DNA of 32,984 nt from a virus (Duplodnaviria > Caudoviricetes). Location of the stretch: IMG/VR virus record IMGVR_UViG_3300032218_002297, positions 1 to 32,984 of that record; one strand, 5' to 3'. A program made the position numbers and the translations under genes. This document shows positions 6,754 through 15,937 of this stretch, piece by piece; position 1 is the first letter of the stretch, and every line of letters starts with the position of its first letter. The notes below the pieces were generated by a model, which ran no database searches, had not been told where the DNA came from, and saw only the letters and a list, made by a program, of their open reading frames with translations.

Positions 6754-8496
6754 TTATCCGTTTTGTGCTTGCATAGCAACAGGTTTGTCATTTGGTTTAA
6801 TTACCATGTTGGTTTGTTTAGTACCACCTTGTGTAACATTGGTGTTATTATTATTTACAACAACAGGTGTAGCATTCTTTTCTTTTTCTTCTCTACGCAA
6901 ATCTTTATTTTCTGTAGATGCTGCTGCAACTTTTTCTCCTGCCTTTGGTGGAACAGAAGCGGGTGTTGCTGTTGCCGCTTTTAATTCTTTTGCCTCAAAC
7001 AATGCTGCCTCTTCGGCACGCCTTTTCACTAATACAGGATTAACTTGACCACCGGCAGTTCTTATACCTCTATCTCTAATGATTGCTGCTGCACCTGCTG
7101 TATCACCTGCATCAATAGGACCTTTAATGCCTTGTTTGGCTAAACTAGCAGTGCTTCCTGTATTGTATGCATAGGATATCAATGCAGACTTTTGTTGGTC
7201 ATTTAGTTTTTGCCAAGAATCACCTAAAGGCTTTCTTGCTCTTTCTTCATATTTTGGTAAATCTTGTTGCAATAATTGTTGTGATTGGTCTTTTGTCATC
7301 ACAGTATCAATACCACGATTACCTTTTATTGGTATTTGTTCGTTTCCTGCTTGAATGAATCCTTGTTTGTATTCAAAATCTTTAATTTGATGACCATAGC
7401 CAATAGAAACTAAGTTCTTTTGATTTGGTGGGTCCCAGTATGCTTTACCACCTTTTGGCAATCCTTCTTCTTTTGCAATGACTGCTGCTGCAACTGCTAA
7501 ACCACCACCGACTGCACCTGCTGCGGCTGCTGTTAATGTACCTGCTGCACTACCGCCACCTCCACCGCCACCAGTAGGAGTTTTTGTTGCTGATGGTTTT
7601 GCTCCACTTGGTGGTTTTGCACTTGGAGTTTCTTTTGATGCTGATGGTCCTTTACTTGGACCTCTTTCTTTTGCTTTTGGACCTCTAACTTTTTCTGCTT
7701 TTCTTGCAGTACCACGTTTACCTGGAGCTGCCTTTTCTTCTTTTTCTTTTTCTTTCTTTTCTTTTTCTTCTGGCTTTTCTTTCTTTTGTTTCTTTTTCGC
7801 TTTTTCAAATGCACCAATTAGTTCATCGTTCTGTTTGTTTAATTCTTCATCTTCTGTTTTATCTCTATTCAATTCACGAATAGTTTTTTCTTCATCGATG
7901 TTATTCTTCATCAATGTATACAGTTTACCTAAAGCATCAGATAAAGTATCTTTTGATGTAATATCATCAATGCCTTTCTCTGTATCTACTTCAAGTGGTT
8001 TTCTTTTTTCTGGTTCTTCTTTTTTCTTACCAGAAAAATATTCTATATCTTCTTGGCTACGATTTCTCAATCTACCAATCAAAGCGGGTGCAATATTACT
8101 GCCACCGGTAAGTTTTTTGGCAATATTCATTGGGTCAAACTTTTCTTTTAACCCAGTTAGTGTCGCATTCTTCTTTTCAACAAATGATTTTTTAAATGAC
8201 TGACCAATGCTTTCACCATCTACCAATTTTTCGGAAACTAAGTCACCAAAAGATTTACTACGAATTTGTTGGGCTTTGATGTACCGATGTGGTTCTTTTT
8301 TGACTTTGGCTGCTTTAGGCGATTGTACCTTTTCACTACCGGCAATGACTTCAACATCCTTAGGCAACGAAGACTCAATATCACTTTCACCTACCATTAT
8401 TTTGGCAAGATTTTTAGGTGATTTATCTTTTATAGTATGAAGATACTTTTCATACTGTTTAGATAATTGTCGTTTTCGTTCCCTGTTGGAGGTCAT
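6754..8496 (-). CDS. Tape-measure/gp29-like virion protein with a GH24 phage lysozyme domain (~6990-7480)
   Basis: Lysozyme motifs IAKEEG..AYWD..SIGYGH, ALISYAYNTG and LVKRRAEEAALF; the N-terminal domain is paralogous to 4921-6750. Confidence 0.7.
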   Translation of the reverse strand: MTSNRERKRQLSKQYEKYLHTIKDKSPKNLAKIMVGESDIESSLPKDVEVIAGSEKVQSPKAAKVKKEPHRYIKAQQIRSKSFGDLVSEKLVDGESIGQSFKKSFVEKKNATLTGLKEKFDPMNIAKKLTGGSNIAPALIGRLRNRSQEDIEYFSGKKKEEPEKRKPLEVDTEKGIDDITSKDTLSDALGKLYTLMKNNIDEEKTIRELNRDKTEDEELNKQNDELIGAFEKAKKKQKKEKPEEKEKKEKEKEEKAAPGKRGTARKAEKVRGPKAKERGPSKGPSASKETPSAKPPSGAKPSATKTPTGGGGGGGSAAGTLTAAAAGAVGGGLAVAAAVIAKEEGLPKGGKAYWDPPNQKNLVSIGYGHQIKDFEYKQGFIQAGNEQIPIKGNRGIDTVMTKDQSQQLLQQDLPKYEERARKPLGDSWQKLNDQQKSALISYAYNTGSTASLAKQGIKGPIDAGDTAGAAAIIRDRGIRTAGGQVNPVLVKRRAEEAALFEAKELKAATATPASVPPKAGEKVAAASTENKDLRREEKEKNATPVVVNNNNTNVTQGGTKQTNMVIKPNDKPVAMQAQNG

Positions 8497-8690
8497 CTAC
8501 GCCTTTCGTTATTCCTTTGTTTTATTTTTTCGTTTTCTTCTTCAATGTGTTGAATCAACATACTTACATAGACATCACGTTCCCACGGTATCATTGATTC
8601 TAATTCAGACAAACTATACTTGTGATGTTGTATCAAAGCAAAATTTGTTTTATAATAGTTCTGTAGGGTATCATGACAAAATATTAGACG
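8493..8690 (-). CDS. gp51: gp51-like baseplate hub assembly protein; no proper start, probably made as a -1 frameshift extension of gp26; not in the ORF track
   Basis: The frame reads RLIFCHDTLQNYYKTNFALIQHHKYSLSELESMIPWERDVYVSMLIQHIEEENEKIKQRNNERRR*, with the QHHKYSL/MIPWER gp51 signature. Its stop has an ATGA overlap with the next gene. Confidence 0.85.
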   Translation of the reverse strand, partial: RLIFCHDTLQNYYKTNFALIQHHKYSLSELESMIPWERDVYVSMLIQHIEEENEKIKQRNNERRR

Positions 8691-9409
8691 AAAAAACTTT
8701 CGAGGCCTTCCACATCAATGTGATGGTCATATCCACATTTTTTACAGGTTATATCAACTACTTTAGATAATTTTGGTAGATTATTAAAGAAATTTTCTAG
8801 TTTTGCAAATTGTTCTTGGCTCAATGATTCAACAAATTCAATCAATTCTGAAGGTTCTGTTTCTGATGCATAGTAGTATTGCTCACCATCATAGATGCTT
8901 TCGATTGATTCGGCAACAACATCAAACGCAAGTTCAGCAGCAGATTGTACACTTGCAACACGTTTGATGATAGAGAATTCTGGATACTTCAATTTGACCC
9001 ATAGTTTATCTGTCAATTGAATGTTATCGTTTGCGCCTTCTTGTTTTTGTACGTTAATATCAAGAATGTTTACATCTACTTCCATGATGTTTCCACATTC
9101 TTTTCCATCTACTTCATTATTGCAACGGTAACGATTCTCTACCACTTCACCAACTGACCTTGCACGTAGTTGAATAAAATAATACTCAACATCAAGCAAA
9201 GGTAGACTGTACATATCGATACCTTCAGTCAAGGTGCAGTTTGTTAGAACTTGTTTGATATTCTGTTCTATAGTTTCAGAATCATCCGACTCTAATGCCA
9301 TAAGCAAATTACGTTGTTCTTTAACAAGAAACGGACGATATTTAATTTTTTTGTTTGACAAAGGCAAAGTCAAATCATACACGGGTGCATCAATTTTTGG
9401 TAAAGCCAT
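8684..9409 (-). CDS. gp26: Baseplate hub assembly protein gp26
   Basis: MALPKI..YRPFLVKEQR, LRARSVGE, CxxC motifs, ends EGLESFF. SD AGGAG upstream. Confidence 0.92.
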   Translation of the reverse strand: MALPKIDAPVYDLTLPLSNKKIKYRPFLVKEQRNLLMALESDDSETIEQNIKQVLTNCTLTEGIDMYSLPLLDVEYYFIQLRARSVGEVVENRYRCNNEVDGKECGNIMEVDVNILDINVQKQEGANDNIQLTDKLWVKLKYPEFSIIKRVASVQSAAELAFDVVAESIESIYDGEQYYYASETEPSELIEFVESLSQEQFAKLENFFNNLPKLSKVVDITCKKCGYDHHIDVEGLESFFV

Positions 9410-9424
9410 TATATTCTCCTAATA

Positions 9425-9991
9425 TTAAATAACAAATTGTGGTACGGGAGCAGAAGGACTTGCAATTTCCATAGTTAGCCAATGAGTATATGCAATCACG
9501 ACCGTCAATTTATGATGACCATCTGATGACCAATCCAAATCCAACTGATTAACGGTAACAGGATATGCATTAAACAATTCAACAGAATACGTTATGTCAT
9601 TCATTAAATTAAATTGACGAACGGTAATTGATGTAGCATACGTATCTCTATAGGCAAAATTATACGTATTTGTTGGGTTAATTAAATTTAACCAACCATC
9701 AAAGAACTTTCTTTCTAGCATGTCATCTGATACAATGAACGTTAAATTTGTTTCATTGTACGAAGTTTGATATGGATATTTTTCTACTGGTGCTGAACCA
9801 AACTTTTGTTCTGTCGTTGCAAATGTTCTGCTTGGTAAATCAGCATTTTCGCATCTAAATGTCAGTCTTTCTGTAAAATTTCCAAAGTCAGGAATACCAG
9901 CAGGTGGGTTAGGAATTAACACCTCAAATCTATTTGGTCGTGCCAAATCAGTATTGAAGCTGCTTATAAAATCTACAAGTGAACGTGCCAT
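9425..9991 (-). CDS. Tail tube initiator, gp54/gp19-family protein
   Basis: LARPNRFEV, C..A.LP.R, LFNAYP.TV..LDL and YTHW tail-tube motifs; lies between gp2 and gp26. Confidence 0.8.
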   Translation of the reverse strand: MARSLVDFISSFNTDLARPNRFEVLIPNPPAGIPDFGNFTERLTFRCENADLPSRTFATTEQKFGSAPVEKYPYQTSYNETNLTFIVSDDMLERKFFDGWLNLINPTNTYNFAYRDTYATSITVRQFNLMNDITYSVELFNAYPVTVNQLDLDWSSDGHHKLTVVIAYTHWLTMEIASPSAPVPQFVI

Positions 9992-10587
9992 TATGGATTC
10001 CTTATTTGTTCTACTGACTCTTGCCAGACTGTTTTTGCTCTGGCTTTCTTAAATTGGTGTACAGGCAAGAATGCCGCAATGTCCCATTCGTTTGGTTGGA
10101 CTGCCACAATCTTTGACTGAATTTGTGAATACAAATACTGCTTAATACACGGTGCGAACTCTTTATAACGCTTAGAGGCACTTAAAATATCATAGGTGAC
10201 TCGTAGACGTTTAATTTCATTATCGGGCGTATAGACAGCAAAATCAAGCAATTTATCCAAAAAGTTAATGCGATATGACAATGGTAGGTAATGAAGATTT
10301 AATCCTAAAAACCCATCTGGATAACGTTCCAGCATAATTACCAAAGGAAATGCATCCCAATATGGTAAAGTCTCTTTTGTCTTTGCATCGTAATAAAAAT
10401 AGTATAACCCACCTAAATTGAACCTTCTAACCAATCTGTCGTTTTCAGTACTGATTGATTTAGCGGCTCTAGATGGAGATTTTAATTCAGTTGCCCTACC
10501 CATCAACCATCGGTATGACTCTTTGGACATACTCTGAAGTTGAAGGTCTGTCTTTTGTTGTGCTAGTTTTGTAAGTATAGATGCCAT
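9991..10587 (-). CDS. gp2: DNA end protector protein gp2
   Basis: YDAKTKETLPYWDAFPL, FLGLNLHYLP, CIKQYL and LPVHQF. Confidence 0.93.
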   Translation of the reverse strand: MASILTKLAQQKTDLQLQSMSKESYRWLMGRATELKSPSRAAKSISTENDRLVRRFNLGGLYYFYYDAKTKETLPYWDAFPLVIMLERYPDGFLGLNLHYLPLSYRINFLDKLLDFAVYTPDNEIKRLRVTYDILSASKRYKEFAPCIKQYLYSQIQSKIVAVQPNEWDIAAFLPVHQFKKARAKTVWQESVEQIRNP

Positions 10588-10591
10588 ATGA

Positions 10592-10599
10592 TATTTATC
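10592..10599 (-). promoter_or_regulatory. Late promoter GATAAATA, 4 nt before the gp2 ATG
   Basis: 7/8 match to TATAAATA on the minus strand; no SD before the ATG. Confidence 0.6.
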
Positions 10600-11032
10600 C
10601 TAGTCCCAAATCAGTTTCAGTAACAAGTTTGAATTCCCAACCTCTATCTAAACAATACTCTTGGGCTGCTTTCCATTTGGCTATATTGATACCATATGTT
10701 GCAACTTCTGCTATATACTGTTTTGTGACACGGGAACGTTTTTTGGGTTCCATTGTTTGTTTTTTGGGTTTAACTTCAATCATCATCGTTTTTGTACCAC
10801 CTTCTTTGGTTCTAGTCTTTACTAGAAAATCAGGAAAATAACGATGATATTTACCATCTACAGGAGAAATGTAAGGAATCGCAATTTCTTCTGATGCCCA
10901 CGAAATAATGTCTTTATTATTGTCGAGCCAATTCATCACTCTACATTCCCATGATGAGCGATAAACGATGTTCGATGCGTTTCCCACATACTTGTTAGGA
11001 TTTTTGGGTTTAAAATAACCTGAATATGCCAT
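10595..11032 (-). CDS. gp4: Head completion nuclease gp4 (TnsA-like PD-(D/E)xK)
   Basis: MAYSGYFKPKNP.KY.G, YRSSWE, WASEE, RYFPDF, IEVKP and AKWKAA. Start moved to MAYSG at 11032. Confidence 0.93.
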   Translation of the reverse strand: MAYSGYFKPKNPNKYVGNASNIVYRSSWECRVMNWLDNNKDIISWASEEIAIPYISPVDGKYHRYFPDFLVKTRTKEGGTKTMMIEVKPKKQTMEPKKRSRVTKQYIAEVATYGINIAKWKAAQEYCLDRGWEFKLVTETDLGLG

Positions 11033-11039
11033 ATAAATA
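11032..11039 (+). promoter_or_regulatory. T4 late promoter TATAAATA for the gp48 operon; overlaps the divergent gp4 start codon
   Basis: Perfect consensus ending 28 nt upstream of the ATG at 11068. Confidence 0.75.
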
Positions 11040-11067
11040 CCTATAATCAACCAAACACAGAATTCTC

Positions 11068-12066
11068 ATGCCATCTCCAATTACAATACAAGATGTGAAT
11101 GCCGTTACTACTCCTAGTCCAATATCAGGACCGCTTTCTCCACTGGATTTTGATAGAAATGCAGTAAAAATACTGCAATATCCATCTGACCTAGCTACTA
11201 ATCCTGCTAGGGCACATTATGTAATGATTACTGCAAAAGAAGTTGTTCCTGTTGAACTTAGTGAACAAGACGGAAAACAAATTATTGATAATGCCATAAA
11301 GTCCGATATTACTCAAACATTAAAACCAACAGCAAAAAACATATCATCAATGATTTCTTTATATATGCCCGATACATTAAATATGCAATATGCGGCATCG
11401 TATGAAAGTTTTAGTTTGACTGATGCATTGGGTACTGTTGGACGAATTGCACAAACAGCACTAGATGCGGCAGAAGGTCAAAAAAATGGACAAAGTTCAC
11501 TAAAAAATTTAGTGTCGGGTCCAGCAGCATTGGAACTTGCAGGTAATGCAGCAGATGCAACGGTAGGTACTAGAGGCGGGGCAGATGTTTTATTACGAGC
11601 AGGTGGTTATGCAATTAACCCTCAACTGCAATTACTGTACAAAGGTATTGACTTACGTTCTTTTCAATTAGATTTTGTGTTTACACCAAAATCAAAAGCA
11701 GAAGCAGACACAATCAAAGCAATCATTAATCAATTTACTTATCACTTTTTACCAGATATTCGTGGGGCTACGGGTGGTGAACAAGGACAATATTTTGTTA
11801 TGCCATCTATATTCAATCTAAGTTTTAGATTTGCAGGAGATGTTGGTGTGGGTGCATCTAATTCATTACCAGCAGGCTCAGCTACCGATAATCCAAATCT
11901 ATATAAAGTTGGTGATTGTGTGCTAGAAAATATGAACGTAGATTATGCACCAAATGGTTGGGCATCATATACTGACGGTGCGCCAATTCAAACAAAATTA
12001 ACTCTACAGTTCAAAGAAACAGACATTATGCACAGAAAGAGATTCCTTAATGGAGAGGTGCGTTAA
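11068..12066 (+). CDS. gp48: Baseplate tail tube cap gp48
   Basis: LQYP.DL, ISLYMP, NPQLQLLYKG..LRSFQLDF.FTPKS and LTLQFKET. Confidence 0.88.
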   Translation: MPSPITIQDVNAVTTPSPISGPLSPLDFDRNAVKILQYPSDLATNPARAHYVMITAKEVVPVELSEQDGKQIIDNAIKSDITQTLKPTAKNISSMISLYMPDTLNMQYAASYESFSLTDALGTVGRIAQTALDAAEGQKNGQSSLKNLVSGPAALELAGNAADATVGTRGGADVLLRAGGYAINPQLQLLYKGIDLRSFQLDFVFTPKSKAEADTIKAIINQFTYHFLPDIRGATGGEQGQYFVMPSIFNLSFRFAGDVGVGASNSLPAGSATDNPNLYKVGDCVLENMNVDYAPNGWASYTDGAPIQTKLTLQFKETDIMHRKRFLNGEVR

Positions 12067-12701
12067 TGAAATATTTTAAAACATTACCAACAATTGTTGC
12101 TGATGATGGCAAAGGTCATAAAATTGCTGCAACCAATCTTTTGGTTGATATTAGTGTAGTCACAAGTTTATTAAACAATCCGGCACTATATTACAAGTAT
12201 GATGTTAAAGACAGTGATACTCCAGAAATTATTGCAGAGAAATATTATGGTGATGTATATCGGTATTGGATAGTTTTGTTTGCAAATCAGGTAATTGACC
12301 CACAGTGGGATTGGCCATTGACTTCAGCACTATTTCAAAAGTATTTGGAAAACAAATATTCAGCACATGCAACACAAGACTTAACAGCAATACAATATAC
12401 TCAAAAAACATTATATGAGTATCGTGAAACTATTACCACATTAGATAGTTTTAGTGGAATAAAAACAGATAACGTCACAACAATAGACAAAGAAGCCTAT
12501 GATAGGTTCATGCCACTGAATCAAACAATCACTTTTGATGATAGAACAAAAGTCACTATAACTTCTAGAGCAGAAAAATTGACCATATATGATTGGGAAA
12601 ACGAACAAAACGAAAAGAAACGAAATATCAGACTAATTAATTCGACTTTCGCAAATCAATTTGAAGCACAGCTTAATATTTTAGCAAACAAACATGTCTA
12701 A
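12066..12701 (+). CDS. gp53: Baseplate wedge protein gp53
   Basis: MKYFKTLP, LysM-like DTPEIIAEKYYG..YWIVL..N..DPQWDWP and ENEQNEKKRNI. Confidence 0.92.
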   Translation: MKYFKTLPTIVADDGKGHKIAATNLLVDISVVTSLLNNPALYYKYDVKDSDTPEIIAEKYYGDVYRYWIVLFANQVIDPQWDWPLTSALFQKYLENKYSAHATQDLTAIQYTQKTLYEYRETITTLDSFSGIKTDNVTTIDKEAYDRFMPLNQTITFDDRTKVTITSRAEKLTIYDWENEQNEKKRNIRLINSTFANQFEAQLNILANKHV

Positions 12702-14067
12702 TAATAGCGGACCAGCAAAACAAGGTGTAACGTATCCACAAGATTACCAATTAAAAACTCTGGTGCTTTTGTCGCCGGCTGGTGGTTCGTTTGATTTAAA
12801 AAATGTTTTAGTTGAATTTTCGTATTTCGAAGACATTTTTAGTGCATTTACTTCTGGCAGAATTTTAGTCAATGATGCACAAGGTTTTATTGAAAAATTA
12901 CATTTGTCTGGCAATGAATACGTTCGATTGTCATTTACAAAAGCTGGAGATACTGCCAATACCATTGATAAACTTTTTAGAGTATACAAAATCTCCAATA
13001 GACAATTGTTAGAAAATCAAACAACAGAAGGTTATATTATCAATTTCTGTTCGGATGAACTTTTTGTATCAGAACAATATCGAGTCAGTAAATCATACAA
13101 AAATAAAAAAATATCAGATATTATTGATGATATTACAAAAAACTATTTAATGATTCCTAGTAATAAACCAGTAGAGATTGAAAATACAAAAGGAATTTAT
13201 GATTTTATTGTTCCAAACATCAAACCGTTTGAGGCAATAAATTGGCTATCAAATTATGCTTTACCAGCAAAAGATAATTCTGGTGCAGATATGTTGTTTT
13301 TTGAGTCTCAAGATGGCTATAAATTTGCATCACTGCAAACATTATTTGCTCAATCACCAAAAAAAGAATATACCTATGCACCAAAGAATGTGGACGATAA
13401 AACAGAATCACAAGAAAAATCTTTTTATGCTGTATTGACGTATGAGTTTATCAATACTTACGATACACTAGAAGCAGTATCAACAGGAGTATTTGCAAAT
13501 CAATTAATTACTTTTGACCCATTACTTATGAGACATGAAGTAATTAATTTCAATTACAATGACTACTTTAATAATTCACCAACACTCAATAAGCATCCTG
13601 TAGTTAATAATACAAAGAATCGTTTTGGTCATGCACTATATGAAACTCCACAGGCTGTGGTTAAATTGGCAACAACAAACAAAGGTCAGAAGGATGTTGG
13701 TTATCTTGCAAAGAAGCCAGGTTCGGCATCAAAAGATATTTTCATTGAGAATTATGTACCAAATAGAACGTCACAGTTGATGATAGCAAATTACAATAAA
13801 CTAAAATTGAGTATTGATGGTGACCCAAGTGTAAGCGTAGGTAGAGTTATAAAATTCAATCTATTGTCGATGGACCCATCAAATAATGCAAAGACGTATG
13901 AAAAGTTTTACTCAGGCAATTACTTAGTATCAGAAGTAAAGCATACAGTTAATTTAGGTGGATACAAAACAGTGTTAGAAATTATAAAAGATAGTGTTGC
14001 CAATGAATATGCATCACCAGATGACGGCAGTTCATTGTGGCAAAATACAGTGAAGGGTAAAATATAA
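12694..14067 (+). CDS. Baseplate hub protein (gp27/gpD-like)
   Basis: YFEDIFS..SG.I.V.D, LFFE..DG.KF and SGNYLVSEVKH; lies between gp53 and gp5. Confidence 0.75.
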   Translation: MSNNSGPAKQGVTYPQDYQLKTLVLLSPAGGSFDLKNVLVEFSYFEDIFSAFTSGRILVNDAQGFIEKLHLSGNEYVRLSFTKAGDTANTIDKLFRVYKISNRQLLENQTTEGYIINFCSDELFVSEQYRVSKSYKNKKISDIIDDITKNYLMIPSNKPVEIENTKGIYDFIVPNIKPFEAINWLSNYALPAKDNSGADMLFFESQDGYKFASLQTLFAQSPKKEYTYAPKNVDDKTESQEKSFYAVLTYEFINTYDTLEAVSTGVFANQLITFDPLLMRHEVINFNYNDYFNNSPTLNKHPVVNNTKNRFGHALYETPQAVVKLATTNKGQKDVGYLAKKPGSASKDIFIENYVPNRTSQLMIANYNKLKLSIDGDPSVSVGRVIKFNLLSMDPSNNAKTYEKFYSGNYLVSEVKHTVNLGGYKTVLEIIKDSVANEYASPDDGSSLWQNTVKGKI

Positions 14068-14999
14068 TGCCGTCATTACAACGTAATAATTTTATTGGAC
14101 TAACAGGATTTAATTGGTGGGTTGGTGTTGTAGAGAATAGACTAGACCCTTTAAATTTATGCAGAGTTCAAGTTCGTATTTTTGGTTGGCATACAGATAA
14201 TAAGGAATTAATTCCATCTGAAGATTTGCCTTGGGCACATCCTGTTTTACCTATCAATAACTCAGATACATTCAAAACACCACATGAAGGTGAATACGTT
14301 ATTGGTTTCTTTTATGATGGAGAGTCTGGTCAGTTTCCTTCATACTTTGGAGTAATACCTGGTATACCTATTACTGGACCAAATCAAGATAAAGGATTTT
14401 CTGACCAAAGGCATGATTTAGGTTCGTATCCTGCACCATTTGGTGGTTCAGCAGCATTGTATCCAAATCGTTTAGATGAGCCAACGACAAGCAGACTCTA
14501 TCGTAATGAGAAGATTAATGAGACTATCATTCAACGAGAAAAAGATGCAGTTGCAAAAAATGTTCCTACTGCATCTGGTGGTAAATGGTCACAACCCGAA
14601 CCTTCTTATGCAGCAAAACCACCTTTCAATAGAGTAGTCGAAACTGAATCTGGTCATGTATTAGAATTTGACGATACAAAAGACCATGAAAGAATTCATC
14701 TTGCACACAGAACAGGTACATATCAAGAAATACGACCAGATGGTACTGAAGTAACTAAGATTGTCAAAGATAATTATGAAGTTATTGCTGGTAGTGATTT
14801 TCTGTATGTCAAAGGTGCATGTAACGTAACAGTAGATGGCAATGCAACACTTCAAGTTGGTGGTAATGTTACTGCACTGGTAAAAGGAAATGTTAATGCC
14901 ACAGTAAATGGAAATATAACTACAAAAGTTGGAGGAAACTATGACATTACTGCGGGCGGACATTTTACTGTAAAAGCATCTACAATTAATCTGAACTAA
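14067..14999 (+). CDS. gp5: Baseplate central spike gp5 (OB-fold plus beta-helix, no lysozyme domain)
   Basis: WWVGVVENRLDP..RVQVRIFG.H, LPWA, TESGHVLEFDDT...ERIH and C-terminal VxGN repeats. Confidence 0.92.
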   Translation: MPSLQRNNFIGLTGFNWWVGVVENRLDPLNLCRVQVRIFGWHTDNKELIPSEDLPWAHPVLPINNSDTFKTPHEGEYVIGFFYDGESGQFPSYFGVIPGIPITGPNQDKGFSDQRHDLGSYPAPFGGSAALYPNRLDEPTTSRLYRNEKINETIIQREKDAVAKNVPTASGGKWSQPEPSYAAKPPFNRVVETESGHVLEFDDTKDHERIHLAHRTGTYQEIRPDGTEVTKIVKDNYEVIAGSDFLYVKGACNVTVDGNATLQVGGNVTALVKGNVNATVNGNITTKVGGNYDITAGGHFTVKASTINLN

Positions 15000-15000
15000 T

Positions 15001-15219
15001 ATGAAAACTTTAAATCACGAATTTCACATTCTAGTTAATGGTAAAGTAGAAATATACAATAGGTATGAAGATATACCTGAACGTTTTGAACATATAATTT
15101 TATTTAAACCAGATTATGACCATGAGGATACACCACATTCTCATGAAGAACATGAAGAACTTGACTCATGGACACATAAATTACGAGAATTGATGAAAAG
15201 AGAAACAGGAATTAAATAG
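15001..15219 (+). CDS. Small His/Glu-rich hypothetical protein
   Basis: Fills the gap between gp5 and PAAR; contains PHSHEEHEE. Confidence 0.75.
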   Translation: MKTLNHEFHILVNGKVEIYNRYEDIPERFEHIILFKPDYDHEDTPHSHEEHEELDSWTHKLRELMKRETGIK

Positions 15220-15227
15220 GAGATACG

Positions 15228-15518
15228 ATGCCAGCAGCATGTAGAATTGGAGATTTGGATGTTACACATTGTTCAACTCCAGCAAGAGCAGAAGGTTCAC
15301 CTAACGTATATGTAAATGGTATACCATGGAGCCGACAAGGAGATAATAATACATCACATTTACTTCCTGGTGCACCATGCCCTTCACATACGGCTGCAAT
15401 TACTAGCGGCTCATCGACAGTTAAAGTGAATGGAAGAGGAGCAGGAAGAATTGGAGATGCATTGTCAGGATGTACTGCTGTAGCACAAGGTTCTCCTAAT
15501 GTTTTTGCTGGAGGGTAA
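15228..15518 (+). CDS. PAAR spike-tip protein (gp5.4-like)
   Basis: MPAACRIGD, GSPNVYVNG, GRIGD and His/Cys metal ligands. Confidence 0.93.
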   Translation: MPAACRIGDLDVTHCSTPARAEGSPNVYVNGIPWSRQGDNNTSHLLPGAPCPSHTAAITSGSSTVKVNGRGAGRIGDALSGCTAVAQGSPNVFAGG

Positions 15519-15532
15519 ACACTTTCTTAGCC

Positions 15533-15540
15533 CATAAATA
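15533..15540 (+). promoter_or_regulatory. Late promoter CATAAATA, 4 nt before the gp25 ATG
   Basis: 7/8 match to consensus, intergenic; no SD before the ATG. Confidence 0.65.
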
Positions 15541-15544
15541 AAAG

Positions 15545-15937
15545 ATGCCTAAATTAAATAACTTATACTCAGACATAGACTTAATGTTCAATGCACACCC
15601 AGGTAAAGGTGACATTGTTCTTAGTTACGGTGACCAAGCGGTAATTCGTTCGGTCCGTAATCTTTTGTCTACAAATTTCTACGAAAGACCATTTCAACCA
15701 TTCTTAGGTTCAAATATGAATGCATTGTTGTTTGAACCGGTCAATTCAATGACTGCTGGTGCATTAGAAGAAGATATCAAAAACGTGTTGAGTAACTATG
15801 AACCAAGAGCTAGTATATCTGAAATAAAGGTAACAGCACAACCAGACAACAATGCATTTTCTGTTCGTGTGTCATTTTTTATAGGAAACAATACACTACC
15901 AACATCAGTTAGTCTGTTACTAGAGAGAAAACGATAA
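15545..15937 (+). CDS. gp25: Baseplate wedge protein gp25
   Basis: YSDIDL.F, SVRNLL.T..YERPFQP..GS, LLFE and YEPR. Confidence 0.95.
   Translation: MPKLNNLYSDIDLMFNAHPGKGDIVLSYGDQAVIRSVRNLLSTNFYERPFQPFLGSNMNALLFEPVNSMTAGALEEDIKNVLSNYEPRASISEIKVTAQPDNNAFSVRVSFFIGNNTLPTSVSLLLERKR

Noticed and set aside
5033-8440. Several plus-strand ORFs (e.g. 7478-8203, 5033-5398)
   Set aside because: Antisense to low-complexity Ala/Gly/Lys-rich genes, which lack stops on the opposite strand; no RBS or motifs.
8486-8770. 94-aa plus-strand ORF
   Set aside because: Antisense shadow of the gp51/gp26 coding region.
10595-11032. Transposase (TnsA) or homing endonuclease
   Set aside because: The nuclease fold and gp2/gp48 synteny identify it as the core head completion protein gp4.
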